The notes: generated from the letters alone by a model not told the origin. A stretch of DNA of 64,000 bases from an uncultured Alphaproteobacteria bacterium (GCA_934271195.1 CAKQRB010000036.1:8171-72170); one strand, 5' to 3'; counted from the first letter of the stretch, positions 18,723 to 29,554 are shown. Translations and numbers: made by a program.

Positions 18723-20710
18723 AGCAGAACAAATTTAAAATTTCCAGTCCGTTTGAACCTTCCGGCGACCAGCCGCAGGCCATTGCCGAACTTTGTCAGG
18801 GGCTGAAAAACGGCTTGAGTGATCAAGTGCTGCTCGGCGTAACCGGCAGCGGTAAAACTTTTACCATGGCCAAAATCATTGAACAGTCCCAACGTCCGGC
18901 CCTGATAATGGCACCCAATAAAATTCTGGCTGCCCAGCTCTATACGGAAATGAAAGAATTTTTTCCGAACAACCACATTGAATACTTCGTATCCTATTAC
19001 GATTATTACCAGCCGGAAGCTTATGTCCCCAAAACAGATACCTATATAGAAAAAGATTCTGCCATTAACGAACAGATTGACCGTATGCGAAACTCGGCAA
19101 CCCGCAGCCTGCTGGAAAGCAACGACGTCATCATCATCGCCTCTGTTTCCTGCATATACGGCTTGGGGGATGTTGAATCTTATGCTGCCATGACCCTGCC
19201 GTTGCATATCGGACAGGAAATCGCCCCCAAAGAAATATTCAAGCGCCTGTCAGAGCTGCAATACGAACGTAACCAGATGAGCTTTGTCCGCAGTACTTTC
19301 CGCGTACAGGGAGATATTATTGATATTTTTCCATCCCATTATGAAGATAAAGCCTGGCGCATTTCCCTGTTTGGCGACGAGATTGAAAGCATCAGCGAAT
19401 TCGATTCGCTGACCGGCAAAAAAAATGCCGATCTGGAAGAAATCACCATTTATCCGGCCAATCACTACGTTACGCCGCGGCCGGCCATTTCCAAGGCAAT
19501 TATAGGCATAAAGCAGGAACTCGCCGAAAGGACGGAAGAATTCAAAAAAGAAAACAAACTGCTGGAAGCGCAACGTCTGGAACAAAGAACCCGCTTTGAC
19601 TTGGAAATGCTGGAAACCACCGGCCATTGCAAAGGAATAGAGAACTACTCGCGCTACCTGACCGGACGTCCGGCCGGCGCTCCGCCGCCGACATTGTTTG
19701 AATATCTGCGCAAAGATACCATTATTTTTATTGACGAGAGCCACATTTCTCTGCCGCAAATCGGCGGCATGTACCGCGGTGACCGCAACCGCAAAGCCAC
19801 TTTGTCAGATTACGGTTTTCGCTTGCCGTCATGCGTTGATAACCGGCCTCTGACTTTTGATGAATGGAATACCATGCGCGGCCAGACAATCTATGTATCC
19901 GCCACACCGGGGGATTGGGAACTGGAACAAAGCGGCGGCACGTTTACTGAACAAATCATCCGCCCGACCGGTCTGACAGATCCTGTTTGCATTGTCAAAC
20001 CTGTTGAAAATCAGATTGACGACTTAATGGAAGAATGCCGTAAAGTCATTGCCAAAAAAGAACGTGTTTTGGTAACGACACTAACAAAAAAAATGGCGGA
20101 AGACCTGACAGAATACCTCAATGAAAACGGCATTAAAGTCCGTTATATGCACTCGGACATCGATACGCTTGAACGCATTGACATTATTCGCGATCTCCGC
20201 CTCGGCGTCTTTGACGTGCTGGTCGGCATCAACCTGCTGAGAGAAGGTCTGGATATTCCCGAATGCTCAATGGTTGCCATTCTGGATGCTGACAAAGAAG
20301 GCTTCCTGCGTTCCACCCGCTCGCTTATCCAGACCATCGGACGGGCAGCCCGCAATGCTGACAGCCGCGTCATTCTTTATGCTGACAAAATGACCAACTC
20401 CATTCAGCAGGCCCTGGAAGAAACCAACCGCCGGCGCGAAAAGCAGCGCCAATACAACATCGCCCATGGCATTGTTCCTCAGACCATCAATAAAGCCATT
20501 TCCGGCGCCCTGCAAACCGCGAGTCGGGATTATCTTGATGAGAAAACCGCCGTATCAGTCGTATCTTCCGACGACTTGAAAAACTTTGACAAACGGATAA
20601 AAGAATATACCAAGAAAATGAAAGATGCCGCTGCCAACCTTGAATTTGAAGAAGCCGTAAAATATCGTGACAAAATTCGCGAATTGGAACAGCAATATCT
20701 AAAAAACTGA
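18719..20710 (+). CDS. uvrB: Excinuclease ABC subunit B
   Basis: The 663-aa ORF has a Walker A ([10 protein letters not shown]), helicase motifs and the C-terminal UVR domain ([17 protein letters not shown]). Its ATG overlaps the upstream TGA (ATGA). Confidence 0.97.
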   Translation: MKQNKFKISSPFEPSGDQPQAIAELCQGLKNGLSDQVLLGVTGSGKTFTMAKIIEQSQRPALIMAPNKILAAQLYTEMKEFFPNNHIEYFVSYYDYYQPEAYVPKTDTYIEKDSAINEQIDRMRNSATRSLLESNDVIIIASVSCIYGLGDVESYAAMTLPLHIGQEIAPKEIFKRLSELQYERNQMSFVRSTFRVQGDIIDIFPSHYEDKAWRISLFGDEIESISEFDSLTGKKNADLEEITIYPANHYVTPRPAISKAIIGIKQELAERTEEFKKENKLLEAQRLEQRTRFDLEMLETTGHCKGIENYSRYLTGRPAGAPPPTLFEYLRKDTIIFIDESHISLPQIGGMYRGDRNRKATLSDYGFRLPSCVDNRPLTFDEWNTMRGQTIYVSATPGDWELEQSGGTFTEQIIRPTGLTDPVCIVKPVENQIDDLMEECRKVIAKKERVLVTTLTKKMAEDLTEYLNENGIKVRYMHSDIDTLERIDIIRDLRLGVFDVLVGINLLREGLDIPECSMVAILDADKEGFLRSTRSLIQTIGRAARNADSRVILYADKMTNSIQQALEETNRRREKQRQYNIAHGIVPQTINKAISGALQTASRDYLDEKTAVSVVSSDDLKNFDKRIKEYTKKMKDAAANLEFEEAVKYRDKIRELEQQYLKN

Positions 20711-20727
20711 TTTTTTCAAACAAAAAA

Positions 20728-20758
20728 AAGAGATTCAAATTGAACCTCTTTTCTTTTA
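20728..20758. terminator. Possible bidirectional terminator between uvrB and the dsbA-like gene
   Basis: The imperfect hairpin AAGAGATTCAA / TTGAACCTCTT has an A-run upstream and TTCTTTTATT downstream. Confidence 0.4.
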
Positions 20759-20772
20759 TTCGCCAAACCGAG

Positions 20773-21558
20773 TTATTTGTTCTTCATGGCATCAATTCTT
20801 CTTTGAATTTCGCCTTCATCAAGCGTTTGCAAAATCTGACCATCCAAAATCATGGTCGGAACACCGCGAATTTCAATAGAATTAGCCAAATCGGCAGTAT
20901 CCTGAATGGTTTTATTAACTTTGTCCGAATTCATGTCTACTTTCATTTTGGCAACATCAATGCCGACAGCAGCCGCGAGCTCGTCAATTTTAGCTTCGCT
21001 CAATGCGCCGTCATTTTCCATCATGGCAGACCAAAGTTCCTGATATTTACCCTGTTCTTTGGCAGCCAAAGCGGCTTTGGCAGCATAATCAGATACCGGC
21101 CCGAGGAAGGTCAGTTCTCTCAATACCAGACGAACATCGTTGTTTTTGGCAACAATATTCTTCAAAGCCGGATATAATCTGTGGCAGTAGCCGCAGGAGA
21201 AATCAAAGAACTCTACCAGAGTAACAGATCCGTTCGGATTACCGACAACAGCAGCACCTTCATACTCTGTAATTTCTTTAATATTCTGCTTAATCTTTAT
21301 GGCAGCGGCTTTTTGTCTTTCTTCTTCCTGCTTAACCTGATAAGCCTGCATTGCATTGAACACAATCTCCGGATTGTCGTTCAAAACAGTCTTGATTGCC
21401 TCAACATCCATAGAGACAACCGGAGCAGTCGAAGCCGCGGGAGCAGATGTCTCTGCAACAGGAGCGGCTTTGTTGCATTTGGTCATGCACATTACTGCAC
21501 AGGCAACCGAAATAATCAAAGCCAGCAGAGAAACGTAAATTGCATTAATTTTGTTCAT
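20773..21558 (-). CDS. DsbA-family thiol:disulfide oxidoreductase (Com1-like, membrane-anchored or secreted)
   Basis: I place the start at the ATG at 21556-21558, after AAGGA. It has an N-terminal hydrophobic segment and the thioredoxin-fold active site FFDFSCGYCHRL. Confidence 0.85.
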   Translation of the reverse strand: MNKINAIYVSLLALIISVACAVMCMTKCNKAAPVAETSAPAASTAPVVSMDVEAIKTVLNDNPEIVFNAMQAYQVKQEEERQKAAAIKIKQNIKEITEYEGAAVVGNPNGSVTLVEFFDFSCGYCHRLYPALKNIVAKNNDVRLVLRELTFLGPVSDYAAKAALAAKEQGKYQELWSAMMENDGALSEAKIDELAAAVGIDVAKMKVDMNSDKVNKTIQDTADLANSIEIRGVPTMILDGQILQTLDEGEIQRRIDAMKNK

Positions 21559-21719
21559 CTTACAAATCCTTAAGTTTATTAAATACAAATATAATTTAGC
21601 TAATCTATAATATATTTACAACAGGCATAATAATTCATAATTGTTAATATTCTCCAAATATCTAAATCTTTTTTTCATATTTAGGCAATATACTGAAACA
21701 AACTAAAAAAGGGGATAAT

Positions 21720-22379
21720 ATGTTTCACATCAAAGTATCAATGTTTTCGCAAACGCGCAGTCTGGAAAGCAAGATTGACCAGTTTCATGATAAATTACTT
21801 GAAGTTTCTATGAACTTCAAAAAAGCCGTCCGCACATTTCTGAGCGAACGCCGCAGCGATGATTACCGCAAAATCAGCAAACAAATAAAAAATACCGAAC
21901 ACGAAGCCGACCATCTGCGTCGGGAGATTGAAGCCGCATTATACAGCCAGAACCTGATTCCAGATCTGCGGGCCGACGTCTTGCACTTGGTAGAAAATAT
22001 TGACAAAGTCATTAACAAATTTGATGAGGTCACGCACAATTTTTATATTGAACGTCCTGAAATCCCCGAAAAATTTCATGCCCCGCTTCTGGCTCTCTGT
22101 GACTTGAGTTCCGACTGCGCCGAAAATCTGGCCATTGCCAGTCGGGCATTTTTTCGGGATTTAAGCTCCGTCAGGGACTATTCGCAAAAAGTCTACCTGA
22201 TTGAAAATGAATCCGACACCAGTTCGGCCCACTTGCGCAGTGCCGTTTTTGATACCGACTTGCCGCTGGCCAATAAACTGCAGCTCAATCTGCTGATTCG
22301 CGAAGTTGCGGATATTGCCGACATTGCCGAAGACTGCGTCGATGAGTTGCTGATATTTACGATTAAGAGAGATATATAA
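21720..22379 (+). CDS. DUF47-family (PhoU-like) phosphate transport accessory protein
   Basis: The 219-aa helical protein lies immediately upstream of a PiT transporter, which is the conserved pairing. AAGGGGA precedes the start. Confidence 0.75.
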   Translation: MFHIKVSMFSQTRSLESKIDQFHDKLLEVSMNFKKAVRTFLSERRSDDYRKISKQIKNTEHEADHLRREIEAALYSQNLIPDLRADVLHLVENIDKVINKFDEVTHNFYIERPEIPEKFHAPLLALCDLSSDCAENLAIASRAFFRDLSSVRDYSQKVYLIENESDTSSAHLRSAVFDTDLPLANKLQLNLLIREVADIADIAEDCVDELLIFTIKRDI

Positions 22380-22382
22380 GAC

Positions 22383-23438
22383 ATGGACGGACTGTTTCTT
22401 GTATTTTTAAGCAGCGGCCTTTTTCTGGGCTGGTCATTGGGCGCCAATGATGCCGCCAATATTTTCGGCACGGCCGTCGGAACAAAAATGGTCAAATTCC
22501 GCACAGCCGCTGTTATTTCTTCAATTTTCATCATCATAGGCGCAGTTTTTGCCGGTTCCGGCGCCAGCCGCACCTTAAACGAACTGGGCGAGATAAATAC
22601 GCTGGCCGGTGCTTTTATGGTTGCCTTATCAGCAGCCGTCAGTGTCTATTCCATGGTCAAAAGCGGCATTCCTGTTTCCACCTCTCAGGCCATTGTCGGC
22701 GCTATCGTAGGCTGGAACTTTTATGCCGGAAAATCTACGGATTACGGAATACTGTCACAAATCGTCAGCACTTGGATTATCTGCCCCGTCTTGTCCGGAA
22801 TCATCGCCATCGGCCTGTATTTCTGCATTCGCCGCCTGATTCGCAAATCGCGGTTGCACCTCTTGCGTCAAGACAGCTATACCCGTATCGGTCTGATTCT
22901 GGCCGGCGCATTCGGCGCTTACGCCCTCGGCGCCAACAACATCGCCAACGTTATGGGAGTATTTGTCGATTCCAGCCCGTTAAAACCGATTACTTTCAGT
23001 AATGGCTTCACTCTTAATGCCGCTCAGCTTTTGTTTTTAATCGGCGGCATCTCCATCAGTGTCGGCGTAGCCACTTATTCGCATAAAGTCATTAATACAG
23101 TCGGTATCAGCCTGATGTCCATGACGCCGATCATCGCTTGGATTGTCGTCATCTCTCAGTCAATTGTCCTGTTTTTGTTTGCCTCCCAAGGGCTGCAAAA
23201 CTTTTTACAAAGCAATGGCCTACCGTCCTTTCCTCTTGTTCCGGTCTCAAGCTCGCAGGCCGTTATCGGCGCCGTTATCGGCATCGGCATTGCCAAAGGC
23301 GGACGGGATGTCCACTGGACGCTGCTCGGACGAATTGCCCTCGGCTGGATAACCACTCCCGTCATCTCCGGCATTTTGTGCTTTATTTCTTTGTTCTTTT
23401 TAGAAAACGTCTTCAACCAGATGGTCTATACAAACTAA
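22383..23438 (+). CDS. pit: Inorganic phosphate transporter, PiT family
   Basis: The 351-aa polytopic ORF has the PiT signature GANDAANIFGTAVG near the N-terminus and a second copy of the repeat (GANNIANVMG). Confidence 0.9.
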   Translation: MDGLFLVFLSSGLFLGWSLGANDAANIFGTAVGTKMVKFRTAAVISSIFIIIGAVFAGSGASRTLNELGEINTLAGAFMVALSAAVSVYSMVKSGIPVSTSQAIVGAIVGWNFYAGKSTDYGILSQIVSTWIICPVLSGIIAIGLYFCIRRLIRKSRLHLLRQDSYTRIGLILAGAFGAYALGANNIANVMGVFVDSSPLKPITFSNGFTLNAAQLLFLIGGISISVGVATYSHKVINTVGISLMSMTPIIAWIVVISQSIVLFLFASQGLQNFLQSNGLPSFPLVPVSSSQAVIGAVIGIGIAKGGRDVHWTLLGRIALGWITTPVISGILCFISLFFLENVFNQMVYTN

Positions 23439-24430
23439 GCAAGCTTTGCCGCAATCTTAGCGGCAATCTCTTCATACGCCCTGGTATAAGGACTGTCAGG
23501 CTCCGCAAAAACAATCGGCGTTCCGTTATCGGCATTTTCCCGAATAGCCAAATGCAACGGAATTTCGCCCAGAAAATCCTCGCCCATGTCTTCGGCTGTT
23601 TTCTTAGCGCCGTGATATCCGAAAATATTGGCGCGGTGGCCGCATTTTTCACACAGATAATAGCTCATATTTTCAACAATCCCCAAAATCGGAACATCAA
23701 CTTTCTTAAACATATTCACCCCTTTAACGGCATCAATCAGGGCAATATCCTGCGGTGTTGAAACAATAACAATACCATCAAGTTTAATCCGCTGCGACAA
23801 TGTAATTTGAATATCTCCCGTTCCCGGCGGCATATCAATTACCATCACGTCAATCTCTCCCCAGTTTGTCTGGGTCAAAAGCTGTTCAATGGCGCCGCAC
23901 GCCTTGGCGCCGCGCCAAATAAGCGGCGTATCTCGTCCGACTAACGTGCCGATTGACATTGATTTAATTCCCATAAAATCAAACGGTTCAAAATTTTTAC
24001 CGTCAATACTATAAGCCGGCTGCCCATCATACCCCAGCATGGTCGGAATGGACGGGCCATAAATATCCGCATCAAACAAAGCCGTCTTCAGACCGCAAAC
24101 AGACAACGCCAAAGCCAGATTTGTCGCCGTCGTCGACTTTCCCACGCCGCCTTTGCCGGAAGCCACGCCGATAATCTTTTTAACGCCCGGCACAATCCAC
24201 TTTTCCATTTCCGGCTTGAGAGAAACATTTGCCTTTTCTTTAGTAAAAACAATTGTTGCGCGTTTTATCCCGCCAATCTGCTCAAGTTCAGCTTTCAGCA
24301 TGGCGCTTTTCTCCGCATCGTCAACATCGCTGGCAATGGTCACTATCACTTTGTCACTCAGAATTTTAATCTGTTCAATCTGCTCTTCCGCAAAATAGTT
24401 TCTAATGCTTTGTCTGATTTTTTCTTCCAT
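23435..24430 (-). CDS. apbC: Fe-S cluster carrier ATPase Mrp/ApbC
   Basis: The 331-aa ORF has a deviant Walker A (ASGKGGVGKSTTATNLA) and the CxxC pair (CEKCGH). Its stop overlaps the pit stop convergently. Confidence 0.92.
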   Translation of the reverse strand: MEEKIRQSIRNYFAEEQIEQIKILSDKVIVTIASDVDDAEKSAMLKAELEQIGGIKRATIVFTKEKANVSLKPEMEKWIVPGVKKIIGVASGKGGVGKSTTATNLALALSVCGLKTALFDADIYGPSIPTMLGYDGQPAYSIDGKNFEPFDFMGIKSMSIGTLVGRDTPLIWRGAKACGAIEQLLTQTNWGEIDVMVIDMPPGTGDIQITLSQRIKLDGIVIVSTPQDIALIDAVKGVNMFKKVDVPILGIVENMSYYLCEKCGHRANIFGYHGAKKTAEDMGEDFLGEIPLHLAIRENADNGTPIVFAEPDSPYTRAYEEIAAKIAAKLA

Positions 24431-24547
24431 ATTACCCCCTGTTGATATTGTTTGATCGGCAATTGTTTTTAGATGATATTTATATTATATAAGAAGATAA
24501 TGCAATAAATTAAATTTGGAAATTATAAATTACAGAGTGAGGTATAA

Positions 24548-25636
24548 ATGTCCAAACAGGAAGGTCCCTGGGGCGGAAATACAAACGACAGCCCTTGGGA
24601 AAACATAGAAAAATCCCCCCGCAAATCCAAAATCATAGACTTTGAACCCATCAGAAAAAATAACGTTCCGGGCTTCAAAATCAGCTGGCTTATTTTTGCC
24701 CTGCTGGCAGTCTGGCTGGCTTCGGGCTTTTACCAGATTCAGCCCAACGAAGAAGGGGTTGTCCTGCGCTTTGGCAAATATGCCGACACTACCGGTTCCG
24801 GCTTGCACTACCATCTGCCCTTTCCTATCGAAAAAGTAGAAAAGGTCAACATTACTCAGGAACGTAGTATTACAATCGGCGATTCCGCGGCCTACAATGC
24901 CTCCAACATCGCCTCTCTGAGCGGCGCCAGAAACGCAGCCGGAGCGCCGGCCTCCGCCCTGAGTTCTTTTACGGAAAGCCACATGCTGACCGGCGATGAA
25001 AATATTGTCGACGTCAACCTCACAATCGTCTGGAAAATCAAAAGCGCCAAAGACTATCTTTTCGGCATGCAAAGCCCTGACCGTACCGTACAGGTAGCAG
25101 CCCAGTCCGTATTGCGCGAAATTGTCGGCCAGTCCAATATGCAGGATATTATTACCGGCGACCGCGGAAAAGTTGAAGACGATACCAAAGCCGAGCTGCA
25201 AAAAGTTTTGGACGAATTCGGCTCCGGCATAGAAATCGTCCGCGCCAAACTCCAAAAGGCCGACCCGCCCAAACAGGTTGTCGATGCTTTCAACGAAGTC
25301 CAGCGCGCCAAGGCCGATATGGAACGCTTCAAAAACGAAGCCGAAGCTTACAGCAATGAGATTCTGCCCACAGCCAAAGGTCAGGCTTCGCAGATTTTAC
25401 AAAATGCGCAAGCCTATAAGGAATCTGTCGTCAAAAAGGCACAGGGTGAAACTGAACGTTTCAATTCCGTTTATCAAGCCTACCGCCACGGCCGCGACGT
25501 AACCATCAAACGCCTGTATCTTGAGGCCATGGAAGATGTTCTCGGCAAATCCAGCAAAATCATTATTGACCCGTCCAAAAACGGCGGCAATGTGTTGCCT
25601 TATCTGCCGCTAGACCGCCTGCAGAATAAAAATTAG
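24548..25636 (+). CDS. hflK: FtsH protease modulator HflK
   Basis: The 362-aa ORF has an N-terminal TM helix plus an SPFH/band-7 domain, and is followed by hflC. Confidence 0.92.
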   Translation: MSKQEGPWGGNTNDSPWENIEKSPRKSKIIDFEPIRKNNVPGFKISWLIFALLAVWLASGFYQIQPNEEGVVLRFGKYADTTGSGLHYHLPFPIEKVEKVNITQERSITIGDSAAYNASNIASLSGARNAAGAPASALSSFTESHMLTGDENIVDVNLTIVWKIKSAKDYLFGMQSPDRTVQVAAQSVLREIVGQSNMQDIITGDRGKVEDDTKAELQKVLDEFGSGIEIVRAKLQKADPPKQVVDAFNEVQRAKADMERFKNEAEAYSNEILPTAKGQASQILQNAQAYKESVVKKAQGETERFNSVYQAYRHGRDVTIKRLYLEAMEDVLGKSSKIIIDPSKNGGNVLPYLPLDRLQNKN

Positions 25637-25645
25637 GAGTTTCCC

Positions 25646-26515
25646 ATGTCAGAAAAAGTAAAATATTATCTGCTCGTCAGTTTGGCCGTTCTGGTTATTA
25701 TCGGCGCCGCATCTTTTTATGTTGTCCCGCAAACCCGTCAGGCCATTGTTCTTCAATTCGGAGAACCGGTCAGATTAATCAAAGAACCGGGACTGAAAAT
25801 CAAAATCCCGTTCATTCAAAACGTTGTTTTCTATGACAACCGCCTGCTCGATTTAGATCCGCCGGCGCAGGAAATTGTACTCAATGATAAAAAACGTCTG
25901 GACGTTGACAGTTTCACGCGTTTTCGTATTGTTGAACCGCTGAAGTTTTATCAAACGGTTCGAACGGAAGAACAAGCGCGCAGCAAACTGAAAGAAATCG
26001 TCAACTCATCCGTTCGTAAAATCCTCGGCCGGACGACCTTAGCGGAACTACTGTCACAACAGCGCACAAAAATCATGGCCGACATCAGCAACGCAGTCAA
26101 AACCGATGCCGCTCAGATCGGAGTCAGCGTTGCAGATGTCCGCATTCGCCGTGCCGACTTGCCGATTGAGGTTTTGCAGGCTATTAATACCCGCATGAAG
26201 GCCGAACGCGAACGCGATGCTAAAAAGTTCCGCGGCGAAGGCCAGCAACAGGCTCAGCAAATTCGGGCTCAAGCCGAAAAAGAAAGAACCATCATTCTGG
26301 CCGAAGCCGATAGAGAAGCCCAGATAACCAGAGGGGAAGGAGACCGTGAAGCCATTGAAATATGGAACAAGGCCGCCGGCGTAGATCCGCAGTTCTACGC
26401 ATTTTACCGTTCACTGGAAGCATACAAAAAATCTCTCGGACAAGGAGGAACGTCTATGGTATTGTCCCCCAACGCCGAATTTTTTGATTTTTTTGCAAAA
26501 TCGCTTAATAAATAA
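25646..26515 (+). CDS. hflC: FtsH protease modulator HflC
   Basis: The 289-aa ORF has a TM helix plus an SPFH domain and a coiled-coil region (ERERDAKKFRGEGQQQAQQIRAQAEKE). Confidence 0.92.
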   Translation: MSEKVKYYLLVSLAVLVIIGAASFYVVPQTRQAIVLQFGEPVRLIKEPGLKIKIPFIQNVVFYDNRLLDLDPPAQEIVLNDKKRLDVDSFTRFRIVEPLKFYQTVRTEEQARSKLKEIVNSSVRKILGRTTLAELLSQQRTKIMADISNAVKTDAAQIGVSVADVRIRRADLPIEVLQAINTRMKAERERDAKKFRGEGQQQAQQIRAQAEKERTIILAEADREAQITRGEGDREAIEIWNKAAGVDPQFYAFYRSLEAYKKSLGQGGTSMVLSPNAEFFDFFAKSLNK

Positions 26516-26530
26516 GAAAAGGAGTTTGAG

Positions 26531-28171
26531 ATGAAAAAAATATTATCCGGATTATTCGCTTTCTTCTTTGCCTTCGGCAGCCTTTCTTTTGCTGCCGCCC
26601 AGTCTGCGGTTCCGACACCATACCCGTCCTTCGCTGACTTGGTTGAAAAACTTTCTCCCTCAGTCGTCAACATCTCAACAACCCAAAAATTGGAAGATTT
26701 GGAAGGCGGTGATGTCGTCAACCTAAAAAACCTTCCCGAAAATAAGCAGATTACGCCGCTCGAACAAGAGCACTATGCTATGGGTTCAGGCTTTTTGCTT
26801 GATGAAGATGGCTACATCATCACCAACAGTCACGTCATTGACCACGCGGACAAAATCAATGTTATTTTATCGGACAATTCGCAGCATCAGGCCAAAGTCA
26901 TCGGCACTGACAACAAAACTGATCTTGCCCTGATAAAAATTGATACCGACAAAAAACTCATGCCCGTCACTTTGGGCGATTCGGATAAGATTCGCGTCGG
27001 AGATTGGATTCTTGCCATCGGCAATCCGTTCGGGCTGGGCGGCAGTGTAACGGCAGGCATCGTTTCTGCAAAATCCAGAGACATTGAATCCGGTCCCTAT
27101 GATAACTTTATCCAAACAGACGCATCCATCAATCAGGGCAGCTCCGGCGGGCCGATGTTTAACCTCGACGGCGAAGTTATCGGCATTAATGCCGCAATCT
27201 TTTCAACCACCGGCGGCAATATGGGAATCAGCTTTGCCATTCCGGTTAACAATGCCAAATTTGTCATTCGGGAATTAAAAAATTCCGGCAATGTCAGACG
27301 GGGCTGGATTGGTGTTCGGGTACAGCCGCAACTGACTGAAGCAAACCCTGTCGGCAATGTGCCGAACGGTATCCTGATTTCTTCCGTATCTGAAGGCTCT
27401 CCCGCGGCTAAAGCCGGAATTCTGGCCGGAGATATCATTCTGGCTCTCAATGAGCAGGACATGGACAGTGCTCAGATTTTCTCACGCTTAGTTTCTGAAA
27501 GTCCGGTAAACGACAAAATCACCTTAAAGCTTTGGCACAACGGGCAGATTAAAAACCGCCTTGTAAACGTACAAGCAATGCCGGAAGAAACCGGTACTCC
27601 GGAAATTGTAGTTAATCCTGAATCTCTGACTCTGGTTCCCGTAGCGCCAGCGGCAGAAAAAGAACAGCCTCAAGCAGTGCCTTCCGAGCAAAGCCTTGGA
27701 GAAATCCTCAATGAAGCCGTAAAAACGGAGCCGCAAACAGCGCCTCGGGCTGCCGACGAACCGCAGCGGCAGGTTCAGACAAACTCCGAAAGCGCGTTAC
27801 CGAAAAAAACCGATAGTATCGCTGACATTGCACCGGATATTGCCCCTGCCGACGTTAACGAAAAAGCGGCTTACACAATCCCTGGCAGCGGTATGATGGT
27901 CCGAAACATTACCATTCAGGATATTAATGACATGGAACTAAAAGCGGACACGATGGGCGTTATCGTCGTATCGACTATTCCCAACAGCGAAGCCGTCGTC
28001 AAAGGGATTCGTCCGGGTCTGATTATTACAAAAATCAACAAGCGTAACATCTATAATACAGACAGCGCCAAAAGTGCCATTTATGAAAAAGCCGAAAACA
28101 ACCAATATACCTTTATGATTCAGGATGGCGAACAGATTAATTCTGTCACGCTTAATATGAAAGTTCAATAA
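26531..28171 (+). CDS. degP: Periplasmic serine endoprotease DegP/HtrA family
   Basis: The 546-aa ORF has a signal peptide, catalytic-triad context (TNSHVI, DLALIKI, GSSGGPMF) and two PDZ-like regions separated by a long low-complexity linker. Confidence 0.9.
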   Translation: MKKILSGLFAFFFAFGSLSFAAAQSAVPTPYPSFADLVEKLSPSVVNISTTQKLEDLEGGDVVNLKNLPENKQITPLEQEHYAMGSGFLLDEDGYIITNSHVIDHADKINVILSDNSQHQAKVIGTDNKTDLALIKIDTDKKLMPVTLGDSDKIRVGDWILAIGNPFGLGGSVTAGIVSAKSRDIESGPYDNFIQTDASINQGSSGGPMFNLDGEVIGINAAIFSTTGGNMGISFAIPVNNAKFVIRELKNSGNVRRGWIGVRVQPQLTEANPVGNVPNGILISSVSEGSPAAKAGILAGDIILALNEQDMDSAQIFSRLVSESPVNDKITLKLWHNGQIKNRLVNVQAMPEETGTPEIVVNPESLTLVPVAPAAEKEQPQAVPSEQSLGEILNEAVKTEPQTAPRAADEPQRQVQTNSESALPKKTDSIADIAPDIAPADVNEKAAYTIPGSGMMVRNITIQDINDMELKADTMGVIVVSTIPNSEAVVKGIRPGLIITKINKRNIYNTDSAKSAIYEKAENNQYTFMIQDGEQINSVTLNMKVQ

Positions 28172-28620
28172 TGCAGGTTGATTTTTATCATCTCCAAACC
28201 CAAACGTTAGAAGATGTCTTGCCCAAACTGTTGGAAAAGGCCTATGCTTCCGGCAAAAAAACAGTTGTAAAAGTCGGAACGGCCGATCGTGTCGAATTTC
28301 TGAACGCACAGCTTTGGACTTATGATGATACGTCTTTCCTGCCTCACGGCAGCAAAAAAGACGGCAACGCCGAAATGCAACCGATCTGGTTGACCTCGGG
28401 AGAAGACATTCCTAATGGCGCCGCCTTTCTCTTTCTGGTAGACGGCGCCCAAACAGAAGTCAGCAGTCTGAACGGCATTGAAAGAATATTCAATGTCTTT
28501 GACGGCAATTCGCCAGACGCCGTTTCCCGTGCCCGCCTGTTTTGGAAAGAACTGAAAGAACAAGACCACGCTTTGTCTTATTGGCAGCAGGAAAACGGCC
28601 GCTGGATAAAAAAGGCATAA
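28171..28620 (+). CDS. holC: DNA polymerase III chi subunit
   Basis: The 149-aa ORF has an N-terminus (VDFYHLQTQTLEDVLPKLLEKAY) and a length typical of HolC. It overlaps the degP stop as TAATG. Confidence 0.85.
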   Translation: MQVDFYHLQTQTLEDVLPKLLEKAYASGKKTVVKVGTADRVEFLNAQLWTYDDTSFLPHGSKKDGNAEMQPIWLTSGEDIPNGAAFLFLVDGAQTEVSSLNGIERIFNVFDGNSPDAVSRARLFWKELKEQDHALSYWQQENGRWIKKA

Positions 28621-28655
28621 AAAAATCCCGAAGTAAAGCGCTTCGGGATTTTTTT
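28621..28655. terminator. Bidirectional intrinsic terminator between holC and galU
   Basis: The 8-bp stem TCCCGAAG / CTTCGGGA has a 7-nt loop, an A-run upstream and a 7-T run downstream. Confidence 0.7.
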
Positions 28656-28666
28656 CAATCATATCA

Positions 28667-29554
28667 TCAAACCAGAATATTATCCAAAACCTGCCGGCAA
28701 TAAGCACGCAAATCCGGATTTTTCATCAGGCTCAGTTTGAGATTGGATTTAGCCAATTCTTCATTACAGCCACAATCAAAACGCATGGCGTCACACAACA
28801 CGCCCGTCAGCTTCATGCCTCGAACAGCAGCCAACCCCATAGCGTCAGCCAAATTAATTTCATCATTATTGCCTTTTCTGACTTCCGGCAAAACATCCAT
28901 AATTTCATTCGGCAGAATATATGGCCCCATACTGGCATAATTAGAAGGAACGTCTTTCAAAGCCGGCTTTTCGATTTTTCCTTTGGCATGCACAATCCTC
29001 CCGTCGCGCACAGCACCGATAAGAGCCCCGTAACGAACCATTTGCTCACGAGGAAACTCCATAATATTTTCCACCATACCGCCAAACTCTTCATAAACAT
29101 CAAGCAGCTGCGACAAAATACCCTTACCATGCATACTGACATAAACATCGTCCGGCCACATCACAATAAAATCGCGCTTACCGACAATCTCTTTTGCCAT
29201 CAATACGGCATGACCGTTTCCTTTAGGCTCTGGCTGTTCGGCAAAAGAAAATTTCATCCCCTTCGGAATAATATCTTCAACAACTTTAAGCAAATCTAAC
29301 TTCCCCTTCTGGCGCAAATGGTTTTCCAGCCAGGGATAAGAAGAAAAATGGGTCTCAAATAAATGTTTGCTGGATTGATCACTATAAATAAAGACGACTT
29401 CTTTAATTCCGATCTCTGCACAGGCATCAACGGCATATTGAATAATCGGCTTACCGTTCAGAGTCAAAAAACCTTTATGCAAAGCTTTCGTCGCGGGCAG
29501 ATTACGAGTCGACAGGCCAGCCACGGGCAGAATACAAACTTCAGGTTTGCGCAT
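28667..29554 (-). CDS. galU: UTP-glucose-1-phosphate uridylyltransferase
   Basis: The 295-aa ORF has the N-terminal PVAGLSTRNLPATKALHKGFL motif of GalU-type nucleotidyltransferases. Confidence 0.9.
   Translation of the reverse strand: MRKPEVCILPVAGLSTRNLPATKALHKGFLTLNGKPIIQYAVDACAEIGIKEVVFIYSDQSSKHLFETHFSSYPWLENHLRQKGKLDLLKVVEDIIPKGMKFSFAEQPEPKGNGHAVLMAKEIVGKRDFIVMWPDDVYVSMHGKGILSQLLDVYEEFGGMVENIMEFPREQMVRYGALIGAVRDGRIVHAKGKIEKPALKDVPSNYASMGPYILPNEIMDVLPEVRKGNNDEINLADAMGLAAVRGMKLTGVLCDAMRFDCGCNEELAKSNLKLSLMKNPDLRAYCRQVLDNILV

Noticed and set aside
24530-25255. 241-aa minus-strand ORF overlapping hflK
   Set aside because: It is antisense to an unambiguous HflK (SPFH) coding sequence, with a Gly/Phe/Val-rich shadow composition.
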